Positions 23,540 to 33,175 of a stretch of 33,175 nt of DNA are shown here, in pieces (the stretch's first letter is position 1; the number at the start of each line of letters is the position of its first letter). A model generated the notes under the pieces. That model ran no database searches. It saw only the letters and a program-made list of their open reading frames with translations, and was not told the DNA's origin. Made by a program: the position numbers and the translations under genes. This DNA is from Octopus bimaculoides (Eukaryota). The stretch lies in contig NC_069003.1 in assembly GCF_001194135.2 (NCBI RefSeq), forward strand, positions 14,868,799 to 14,901,973, in the 5' to 3' direction.

Positions 23540-23725
23540 GGAGACACATATATACATGTATTCGACGGCCTTCTTTCAGTTTCCGTCTACCAAATACACT
23601 CACAAGGCTTTGGTCGGCCCGAAGCTGTAGTAGAAGACACTTGTCCAAGCTGCCACGGAGTGTGACTGAACTCAGAAGCATGTAGTTGGTAAGCAAGCTA
23701 CTTATCACACAGCAATTCCCACGCG
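23540..23725 (-). mobile_element. SINE family A, 5' half
   Basis: cgacggccttctttcagtttccgtctaccaaat...gtagaagacacttgtccaag...ttggtaagcaagctacttatcacacagc. Confidence 0.85.
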
Positions 23726-23989
23726 TACACACGACCATCCGAAGATACACACACACACACACATACACACACACTCACATATATATATATATAAATATGT
23801 TCACTCGTTCATGCATGCACAATTTTGCTAGCATAGTCGACTTTACTACTGGAATATCATACCGATGAAGGAAATTGAGTATTATCGCTCATAATCCAGA
23901 AACGCGTCTATGATTAATTTCGAATGGTTAGTTTTCATTGTTTTTTCTTCTTGTTTTNNNNNNNNNNTATATATATATATATATATATA

Positions 23990-24545
23990 TCTTCCGATGG
24001 TTGCCCCTTGCCGTGATGGAAGAGCTTGTGTGTTCCATTGGTTCTGAGAGCGATGCTCTCTGGAGTCTTAGACTCCTTGTAGGGCCACACACGGCGACAT
24101 GGTCGACGATGCAGTCCCAGACTAAACACGACCAAACCTCAACATCAAGACCTCAACGGCGAAGCAAGCAGTGGAAGCAATCTCAAGCTCCCCAAGGATT
24201 GACTCCGGCGGACGAGGGCAACGCCTGGCGAGCCGGAGTGACAAAGGCGAATAGAGTTCCACAGCTCGCTGCATCAGGCCTCATCCAGCCTGGACATCTC
24301 AATTCTTAAGTCCCCGTTGCGCATTCACAATCACCTCACATGATTTACTCAGTCTTTCTACTTTTTGAGTCACCAAAAAAGGCCCAATACCGAGAAGCCC
24401 AATCGCGTAGACGGTAACATCAGAGACGTTGGCTCCAAATACACCATTTTTGGAAGAAGAATCCTAACAGACCAAGCATCCATGGAGTTACCCTTGCCAT
24501 TAAGCGCAAATCTTTGACCAACACAGACTCATCCTGAATGTTTGG
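23990..24545 (+). mobile_element. RTE-clade LINE, 5' region and start of the AP endonuclease (decayed)
   Basis: Translation DGNIRDVGSKYT / IFWKKNPNRPSIHGVTLAIK (~24410-24505) matches the RTE/BovB APE motif YTFFW.G.P...R..GVGFAI. The upstream GC-rich segment is interpreted as the 5'UTR (inference). Confidence 0.65.
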
Positions 24546-25454
24546 AAAAAAAAAAACTAGGAAAATCACAGCAAAGAGGAAAAGGTACAGTTTGAAGGGA
24601 AATACTAGCAAAATATATACGAATTGTCAATGGTCGGCGAAGATAAACCGATAGAGAGTAGCTAAGGTTTCTAATACTTCATGGTCTGCCCGGAAAAGTT
24701 GGTGTTTTATAATTCGATTGAAGAGACGTTTGGTGGGATTCTTGTATTTAAAAAGAATATGAATTCTTTCAGTTATTCAAAACACCTCCTTGACCCATTA
24801 ATCTATTGATAGCTCTATGATACACCATTTGATACTATGAGGGCTTTCTTGTGTTTCACCTTCAAGTTTCAGATGTGGCCCAGCCAGCGCAAAAGTTTTC
24901 TTGTTTTCTACGTATCGGAAGCTAGTCGTGTTTGGCATATCTTGTTTTTGAAGTCATTATCACATAGTCCATTATATTTCTCTTATGCGAAAACGAGCAT
25001 CCGTCGCACGGTCTCATAAGATATGCGAGCATAAGATGCATCGATTAGATAAGCGAAGAAGATTAGATAATCGCACAAATTCAGAAGATGTCCCATTTTA
25101 ATTCAAATCTTGGTTTTGCCAACAAATCGCAACAGTAAACATTCTTGATTGTCAACAAATCGCAAGGATAAACACTTTTGATTGTTGGTATACAATTTGA
25201 AGAGCTCAGCTACACCCATGTTCAGCTTTACATAGGAAATAAGAAAAATATTTGCATCTATGCAACAACTGGAAAAACAAAACAACTTCGTTTATCGAGA
25301 TATTAAAATTACTCCAAATAATGCATAAATCTGTTCTGATCAATAGGATAATCGAAGGGAGAAGACATAATCTAACATGGAAAGAAAAATGAAATAAAGG
25401 CATTCTATTGTGAAAATTGAACAGCAACGACGACGGGCTACTCACTCAGCTATA

Positions 25455-25720
25455 ATGTGTGTATGTGTGTATGTATGTATGTATGTATGTATGTATGTAT
25501 GTATGTATGTATGTATACACACACACACACACATACANNNNNNNNNNNNNNNNNNNNNNNNNNNNNNNNNNNNNNNNNNNNNNNNNNNNNNNNNNNNNNN
25601 NNNNNNNNNNNNNNNNNNNNNNNNNNNNNNNNNNNNNNNNNNNNNNNNNNNNNNNNNNNNNNNNNNNNNNNNNNNNNNNNNNNNNNNNNNNNNNNNNNNN
25701 NNTATATATATATATATATG
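25455..25720. repeat. (ATGT)n, (CA)n, gap 25538-25701, (TA)n
   Basis: Directly visible. Confidence 0.95.
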
Positions 25721-25732
25721 GGGCAAGGTTCG

Positions 25733-25850
25733 TACTGTTTCCGTCTACCAAATTCACCCACAACGATTCGTCGGCCCGCGGCTACTGTAGAAGACGTTTG
25801 GCCGGAACAAAGTGGTTTGGAAGATAGCTTCTTCCCATAACGCCATGCCA
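25733..25850 (-). mobile_element. SINE family A, degenerate 5' half
   Basis: ctgtttccgtctaccaaattcacccac...tcggcccgcggctactgtagaagac. Confidence 0.75.
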
Positions 25851-25969
25851 ACGGCTGCATGTGCATGCATATGCATATGTATATGTATACATGTCAACAC
25901 ACACACACATATACGTGTGTTTGTGCGCATAAGCGCGTGAATGAATGTTTGTGTGCATCTTTATGTCTG

Positions 25970-26175
25970 TGTTTGTACCCCATCACCATTTGACAACCGC
26001 TGTCGGTGTGTTTCCGTTCATGTAATTTAGCAGCGGTTCAGCACAAGCGACCGAAAGAATAATTACCAGGCTTTAAAGAAACACTGGAGTCGAGTCATTA
26101 GACTAAAAATACTTGAAGGCATTGTGCCAGCATGGCCGCAGTTTAATAACTGAAACGATTAAATATGAAATATAA
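25970..26175 (+). mobile_element. SINE family A, 3' half
   Basis: tgacaaccgctgtcggtgtgttt...gcggttcagc...gtgccagcatggccgcagt..ataactgaaac. Confidence 0.8.
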
Positions 26176-26429
26176 AGGAGACATCTACATCCGTTTTTTA
26201 ACTCCTTCATTGTACTTTGGCGAATGGTCTAAAATGCTTGTTAGAATAAATCTCATTTCGGTTTTTTGTTTTGTTTTGGTTGTGCTTTTATGATTAGCCT
26301 TTACACTGTTGTACATTCACTTGTTGACTTGAACTTTATTAAAGATCATTAAATTATAGATATACTGTCAATTCGTAGACACTGAGAAAACGTTCTTAAA
26401 TGAAGAGATATACACTGTGTGTGCGTATA

Positions 26430-26545
26430 TAAGTGAAGCATTTATATATATATGCATATATAAGCATATTTATATATATATTGTATACACATACATGTGT
26501 GTGTGTGTGTGTGTGTGTGTTGTGTGTGTGTGTGTGTGTGTGTGC
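26430..26545. repeat. (TA)/(TG)n
   Basis: Directly visible. Confidence 0.9.
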
Positions 26546-27293
26546 ATTCTTCAATCAGCTTACAAATGTTTCAGATATATTCGTATATTCCAAACTTCTG
26601 CTATGCAGAAATTAACTCATAATCGATTGCATATTTGATCGATTAAGATTCTACGGAGATAGGGTAATTAAGCACAATCCTGTCCTTATCAAACCTATAC
26701 GACATTGCTTCGAACTGAGGAAAATTTAGGGAGATAGACTGTAGTAAAACTAATAATACTTGGTCAGATATAAGGGAGATATTTCGTCAGACCTACTTAG
26801 GAGTAGTATTTATCGGATTAGGCTAGAATTGCAAATATCATACTTAGTTTCCCTACTTGAAGAATGTTCTCCACTTAAACATTTGCTAACCAATTCACAT
26901 ATACAAAAGAGGTATGTAGAACAAAGCTAATCAGTAAATGATTATTTAGTTCACGTAGGATACATCATTTGATCAGTATCATTTTTCAATATAAGTCCTG
27001 CGTAGAATAAGACAAGGTGAGCTAATAAAAATCCTGAAGAATAATGACTAATATATTATTCACCGAAAAAGATATTCAATTCCAAAGAAAATAATTTTCC
27101 TTTAAAGAATAGATGTTTGAATTAAAAATAAAATGAGAGCAATAATCGCAATATGTTTAAGTTTAAATAAATTTTAAAATCAATTAAGGAAATAAAAATA
27201 AACTAATGAATAATTAAAATATAGTAAAAAATGATTATCAAACAATCTAAACACAGAATGTTAAAATAAATAAATAACAACAACAACAATAAC

Positions 27294-27446
27294 CCTTTCT
27301 ACTAAAGGCACAAGGCCTAAACTTTCACTGGTATTTAATATATTGAACTCGAAAGGATGAAAAGCAAAGTCAACCTTGGCGGAATTTGAACTCAGAAAGT
27401 GAAGACAAACGAAATACTGTTAAGCATTTCGTCCTGCATGGCCGCC

Positions 27447-27448
<2 letters not shown>
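27294..27448 (-). mobile_element. SINE family B with internal deletions
   Basis: gaaaggatgaaaagcaaagtcaaccttggcggaatttgaactcag...gaaatac...ggccgcc; tail aaaggcacaagg next to (AAC)n. Confidence 0.85.

Positions 27449-27504
<56 letters not shown>
27449..27504. repeat. (AAT)n, about 18 units
   Basis: Directly visible. Confidence 0.95.
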
Positions 27505-27720
27505 GGGGTTTCAAATATTTCGCACACTCCTAGATATTTTGAGGAGGGGATGAGTCGATTACATCGAACCCAACTATGCAACTGGTACTTATTTTATCGA
27601 CAATGATGGGACGAAAAGCAAAGTCGAACTCAGTGGCGTTTGAACCTAGAATGTGAAGACGGGCGTAATGTCGCCAAGCAATTCTGTCGCGCTATAACAT
27701 TTCTGTTCATTAAACCTCTG
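27505..27720 (-). mobile_element. SINE family B
   Basis: gagtcgattacatcgaaccc...actggtacttattttatcga...gcaaagtcgaactc...tttgaacctagaatg. Confidence 0.85.
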
Positions 27721-28973
27721 AATTTTCATATGAAAAAATTCGGGACGGTACAGGACAGTACAAAAGATGTAGAGCGGGATTGAAACGTGTAAACGATGAA
27801 TAACAATAATTATTCTAAAAATTACCCCNNNNNNNNNNCCCCACAAAAAAAGAGGTAGACTTCTTGGATTGCTCTTGGAAGCCCTACAAAAACCACGATC
27901 GCCCTGATCTGTTGGGTAACTGCCTTCTAATATTCATCTACCCTCGACCTAGAGGTATATGCTTAGATTAGGCCAGTTCACTTGGGCTATTCGCGCTACA
28001 TTCACCCGTCTTTCAACAAACTTATTGGGAGACAGCACTTCTTTCTGTATCCTCATTTTCCTTTTCAACTGAAACATGGTGGACCAAAAGGCCTTCGGAA
28101 CAGACCAGCCAGCTCATTCTCGTCGACGCCTAGGGTCAACCTGAGAACTTCGTCACACATGCTTACCACTAATCCTCTGTAGAACACTTAAGTGGAACTT
28201 CCACCTGCCGCATTGCGAAACTGACAGAATACTGTGAGCGTCCGACGACACTCTAGGTGCCAGGTGTCCTGCCTCGAGCTACGTATGTTCCAGGACTGCA
28301 ACTCAGACAAAAATTCGAGCTGTGGAAAATCATGTTTGACAAACGATGGCCGTACCTTCTCACTGTTAATGAAACCCTGGATATGTCTCAGCCTCAGTCT
28401 CTCAACGCCAATTTCCGCAGTAGTGGCTTTAGATCTAATGCATACTGAAGTGACGAGAGCGGATACACTTGACGGAGCGAATGCACGATGCTGAATGGTT
28501 CCTATAGGTGACCATTTACCTGAAATACCGAGCAGATGTCGCTGTACATTGCAGCGATCCAGCCAAATTAAATGAGACCGAAACCGACTAGTCTAAGTAT
28601 TGGTGGTCTGCCCTATTGAAAGCTTTATATTGATCCAATTTGATCAGGGGGCCCACCAATGCTATCTAATTCACCCACCCTGTCTATGATGTATCACATG
28701 AAGTGGAATTGTTTTGGATGGATCTGTTTGGAATTGCATGTTTGCGCATCACCAATCAGTTCTTCAACGACAAGCGCCAACATCTTTGCTAAAACCTTGG
28801 CCAAAATTTAGAAGCCTGCATTCAGCAGCTTTATGGGTTTAAAATTTTCATATTGATCCCCCTTTTTGAATTCCTTTCTCAACAATGCCACCGCTTCTCG
28901 ACTCGCCGAGTTGCAGCAGATATCTGCTAAAAGGCCACGCAAGTTTGGCATTTAAAAGTAAAGCTCGTACCGG
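27721..28973 (-). mobile_element. Tx1/L1-clade LINE relic with several internal deletions (partial RT, post-RT segment, C-terminus, 3'UTR)
   Basis: Minus translation: YELY; FKPIKLLNAGF*ILAKVLA; LDQYKAFNRADHQYL; QVNGHL*EPF...RQVYPLS...LKPLLRKL; then FPQLEFLSELQSW...WHLECR...FYRGLV...LGVDE; then QLKRKMRIQKEVLSPNKFVERRVNVAR. Confidence 0.88.
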
Positions 28974-28974
28974 A

Positions 28975-29090
28975 TTTAAAAAAAAAACAGTAGTTGGGTC
29001 GATTTTTTCGACTAAAAACCCTTCAAGGCGTTGCTCCAGCATGGCCACAGTCCAATGACTGAATGAAGTAATAAAAGATGAAAGATAGCA
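28975..29090 (+). mobile_element. SINE family A, 3' tail fragment
   Basis: gggtcgattttttcgactaaaaacccttcaaggcgttgctccagcatggccacagtccaatgactgaa. Confidence 0.85.
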
Positions 29091-29124
29091 AGAAGTACAG
29101 AGAGATATAAATCCTCTATTTGAT

Positions 29125-29575
29125 AGACACATATCGCAATCGGTAATTGACTGAGTCAATTATGAAAATTGATCCACCGGGAGTTTTAACAAACGAAGGT
29201 AAGAATTGTTTTCTCACGGTTGTAGCAATAGCGAAAGAGGCAGTTTGGAAGACGAGGATAAAAGGAATTAAGACAGGCAACTTTATCTCTGGCCACAATT
29301 TACGATCATTCTTTACTTTTTATTTGAAAAACAAGGTGTGGCTGGAGAAAAGTTGTCTGTCGGAGTGTACGTTCCAAAAGAGATGGAAGCATGTTGAACG
29401 AGTTGTGCGTGAAAGGAACCGTGTGAATAGACGGAAAAAAAACAAAAAAAGGTACCAGCGATAGATCGGGGCTTGTGAGGTCGGAGCGTGGCCTGATCAT
29501 CGCTTCATTTGTATTGTCCCTGTATTGTTAATTTCATTCGATTTTATATATTTTATTTAATATTTAAAAAGTCAT
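29125..29575 (+). mobile_element. Tx1/L1-clade LINE, 3' fragment (divergent subfamily)
   Basis: ORF 29147-29464 ESIMKIDPP...CFLTVVAIAKEAVWKTRIKG...FFTFYLKNKV...FQKRW aligns with the C-termini of the other two Tx1 pieces. Confidence 0.78.
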
Positions 29576-29589
29576 ATTTTATGTAAAAT

Positions 29590-29830
29590 CATACCGATTT
29601 ACTGATCCCATCAGTTGTTCCGTCCATTTCTATGTTTAGCCCCTGGTGGGCAATAAAGAAATTGGTATTTCGTCTGTCTTTGCGTTCTAGTTTAAATCCC
29701 GCCGAGATCGACTTTGCTTTCATCCTTTCGGGGTCGATAAATTAAGTACCAGTTGCGTACTGGCGTTGATCTAATCGACTGGCCTCCTCCACCAAACTTT
29801 CGGGCCTTATGCTTGGAGTATAAAAGAATT
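29590..29830 (+). mobile_element. SINE family B, tail-joined-to-body arrangement
   Basis: atgtttagcccctggtgggcaataaagaaatt joined directly to ggtatttcgtctgtc...gccgagatcgactttgctttcatcctttcggggtcgataaattaagtacc. Confidence 0.8.
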
Positions 29831-30563
29831 TTCTTCTTCAATTCCTCTTCTCCTTCCTCTTCTTCAATTCTTGAGAAAATAAGTGTCGGTTAATCACTGC
29901 AGTCGGAAAAATAAATGCTTGTTGAGCCTAGGGGTCGTGAAAATAAGGGCTAATTTTTATGTACTCCCCACACCTTAAAATTTCTGACGTTTCAAAATTT
30001 CAATCCATCAGTTTGTTACGACACTAGACTTTAATTTCAGGGAAGCGGACTATTATTTCCAGCATGTTTTGCAACCATACGGAAGCTCCTTGGTTTGTGT
30101 CTAATATAAGATTAGTTTAATCCTTTCGTAAAAAGAATTAATCCTTATTTCCCTTTAAAATTGTTGTGTTATTACATTCCTGTTTTCTTGTTACCAATGA
30201 GAAATCTTCACGTAAATTTGAATTTTATAAATTAATTAAACTTGAAAATAAATTTTGTGAACAGACTAGATATGTAGAGTTTAATCAAATAAACCAGACA
30301 TTATTAGTTTAATAATACGAGTAAACAGAATCTAAAATAGCCAGAAACAATAAAAAAAAATGGAAATTAAAATGAAGTCTTGTTAAATAATTAAGTTTTA
30401 AGCGCAGCAAATAATAAGTAATATTTTAATGGACGTAGAGAATAGCTTATTTTTGTAGATCTGTTGGATAAATATATTGTAAATATATTTATGAGAAGAA
30501 TATATAAATATAAACAATATTAAAATATACAATATATGTTAAGGAGATGTAGAGAGATAAGTA

Positions 30564-30564
<1 letters not shown>

Positions 30565-30636
<72 letters not shown>

Positions 30637-30901
30637 GCATATATATATTTGTATGCATATATATAAGTATATTTATATGTAAGTATAATGTAAATACACA
30701 TATGCGCAAATAAATACATACACACATAATTATGCATATATGCATATACATATATACATATGTATATATTCATGAAATTATATCTACATACATATATATG
30801 TGTGTGTGTATGCAAACATACATGCGTGTGTATGTATGTATATATATATATATATAGATATAAATATATACATAAATATGTATATATATATATATATATA
30901 T

Positions 30902-30966
<65 letters not shown>

Positions 30967-31075
30967 CATATACACACACATAGATACATATACATGTATG
31001 CATAGATATGCACATACACTCATATGTATGTCTGACTGTAGGTGAGTGTATGTATGTATGTATAAGTATAAGAAA
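30565..31075. repeat. (TA)/(CA)/(TG) compound microsatellite tract
   Basis: Directly visible. Confidence 0.95.
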
Positions 31076-31406
31076 AACTGCATAAAGATCAATATATGAA
31101 TCTTCGTGGTTGTTATCGGAATTTCGACGAAGGAATTTCGTTTTCTTTTTAAATACCAGCTCCTTTATTGGAAAAATATAAAGAATCGAAAAAGAAGTCG
31201 CACACACGCAAAGACACACACACAGACAGGGCTATATGCAGGCACCCAGACACACAGGCGGACAGAAATAAACTTGAACACACATGCACACAAACATACA
31301 TAAACTTATTCTGTTTTGGCAAACTAAATTATTTTCACTTTCCGCGTACCTAGTGATTTCATGATCGTTGACTTCATGTCTACTCAACTCGAGTATAATA
31401 TATATA

Positions 31407-32435
31407 CAGGGGTTGGACAAAATAATGGAAACACCTAGCATCATAGCATCATAATTTTGAAATATCTATAAAACCGTCAAAAGCTTATTTTTTAAAAATT
31501 ATTATTAGCGTTGCTTAATATGTTTTGCTAAAATTGCTGTTTCTTTTCAGATATCACCAGAAAAAGTTAATTAAAATTCATTAAAATGACAGATTTATCG
31601 GACTTTCAAAGAGGTCAAATTGTTGGTGCTTGTATGGCAGGAGCTAGCGTAAGGAAAACAGCCGAAATGTTTGGTGTATCAAGAAATACTGTCTTGAAAG
31701 TAATGACAGTTTTTGGGAAAGAGGGAAAATCCTCCTCGTCGAAACAAAACTCAGGAAGAAAACCAAAAGTTTCAGATAGGGACTGTCGGACTCTTACGCG
31801 AATTGTTAGAAAGGATCACAAAAGTACAGCTCCCAAAATTACTGTAGAGCTTAATGACCACCTCAAGAACCGGTTTCCACAAAAACTGTTTGCTAGGAAC
31901 TGCACAAAGCCGGATTTCACGGGAGGTCTGCAATCAGAAAACTTTCAAAAACAAACTTTGCAAAGCGTTTAGAGTGGAGTAAAAACCTACAGAATTGGTC
32001 CCTAAAGCAGTGGAAGAATGTTGTTTTCTCGGACGAGTCATCCTTCACCATATTTCGAACCAACGGCCGAGTATACGTGTGAAAACAGCTAAAAGAAGCA
32101 TTTAACCCAGACTGCCTTCTTCCAACTGTTAAACATGGAGGAGGATCTGTGATGATCTGGTGGGGGCTATATCTTGGATATCAACCGGCTCAATGGTTTC
32201 CCTTCATGGCAGAATTAATAGTCAAGACTATTTAAGCATTTTATCTGATCAAATTCATCCTATGTTTGCAGAACATAGGACGAAAATGCACCAATTACTG
32301 AATGGCGCGAGGAACATTCTAGTGAAGTTAAACATATTATCTGGCCACAACAGTCTCCAGATTGAACATTTATGGTGCATTTTAGAAAAACAAGTAAGGA
32401 GAATTGAAGCTGTAATTACTGCCAAAGCGGTCCTA
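31407..32435 (+). mobile_element. Tc1 (DD34E) transposon, right end lost in gap 32436-32535
   Basis: TA then caggggttggacaaaataatggaaacacc left TIR. ATG at 31586: MTDLSDFQRGQIVG...SGRKPK (paired-like HTH/GRPR), FSDES, VKHGGGSVMIW, DENAP, WPQQSPD, IEHLW. Frameshifts and a C-terminal deletion. Confidence 0.93.
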
Positions 32436-32535
32436 NNNNNNNNNNNNNNNNNNNNNNNNNNNNNNNNNNNNNNNNNNNNNNNNNNNNNNNNNNNNNNNNN
32501 NNNNNNNNNNNNNNNNNNNNNNNNNNNNNNNNNNN

Positions 32536-32573
<38 letters not shown>

Positions 32574-32780
32574 CATACATAGACGTATATATACATGTAC
32601 ATACATATATCTAAACATGTAGACATACATATGTGTAGACATATAAACGCATATATATATATGTGTGTATATTTACATACATATATGTGCACATGCATAG
32701 AAATGCATACACATATATTTGTATTTGTATATATACATACGTACACATTCGCACACACACCCGTATATATTTATATAGGT
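32536..32780. repeat. (TA)/(CA)/(TG) low-complexity tract
   Basis: Directly visible. Confidence 0.9.
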
Positions 32781-33175
32781 ACAGCTATTTGTATGAGGGT
32801 ATATAACATATATTGATCCACCAGTTATCTGCTCTTAGTAACCAAACATTACGTTAATGGCGAAATTGGGAGAATTCAATAAACGCCATTTTAGGAGATT
32901 TGCGTGAAGCAGAAATATTAAAATTCGCCGTAAGATCAAACAACTGTACCAACAAATTCTCCGATTTGTTTACCACAAGGTAAATTTTTATGCCAGGATT
33001 TCAAATTTAGAAATTAAAATTAGGAAAGATGAAAAAATGAAAATGATTTTCGGCATCCGAATATAATTTAAATTAGAAATTAAAGTGTAATATTATTCTC
33101 ATTCTATAGAGAGAAATCTAAAATATAAGATTATTAACTTTCGATTGCATATAATTTTACATGAAAATGCTTATA

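Noticed and set aside
23444-23579. Exact 63-bp direct repeat (23444-23506 and 23517-23579)
   Set aside because: Identical copies either side of a 10-N gap are a typical unmerged contig overlap.
24670-24840. Possible mariner-type TIR (atggtctgcccggaaaagt)
   Set aside because: No matching opposite TIR or transposase remnant was found.
29144-29162. 19-bp palindrome taattgact-g-agtcaatta containing an AP-1-like TGAGTCA
   Set aside because: It lies inside Tx1 coding sequence, and a 9-bp arm pair is not improbable in 33 kb of AT-rich DNA.
27721-29575. Single 5'-inverted (twin-primed) Tx1 insertion
   Set aside because: Both pieces have their own C-terminus and 3'UTR and are diverged, so they are two independent copies.

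Overview
Repeat-dense, AT-rich eukaryotic scaffold with 11 N-gaps, probably from an octopus (coleoid cephalopod). That assignment is inferred from recalled tRNA-derived SINE families and extreme microsatellite density, not from a database match. I found no intact host protein-coding gene. Almost all ORFs in the track are microsatellite, gap or transposon artefacts. The window is a graveyard of decayed mobile elements: a Ty3/Gypsy (K02A2.6-like) gag-pol relic, an R4/Dong-clade 3' fragment, three Tx1/L1-clade fragments, an RTE 5' fragment, three ITm DNA transposons (mariner, rosa/DD41D-like, Tc1), a 477-bp foldback element, and about 20 SINE pieces from four families (my working labels A-D). The most interesting pattern is repeated same-polarity embedding of a Tx1-clade LINE and SINE family B in (ATT)n arrays, plus a short shared 3'-terminal motif. 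This hints at a microsatellite-targeted LINE/SINE partnership, but it remains a hypothesis. All alignments and translations were done by eye, so boundaries are approximate unless TIR or TSD positions are given.
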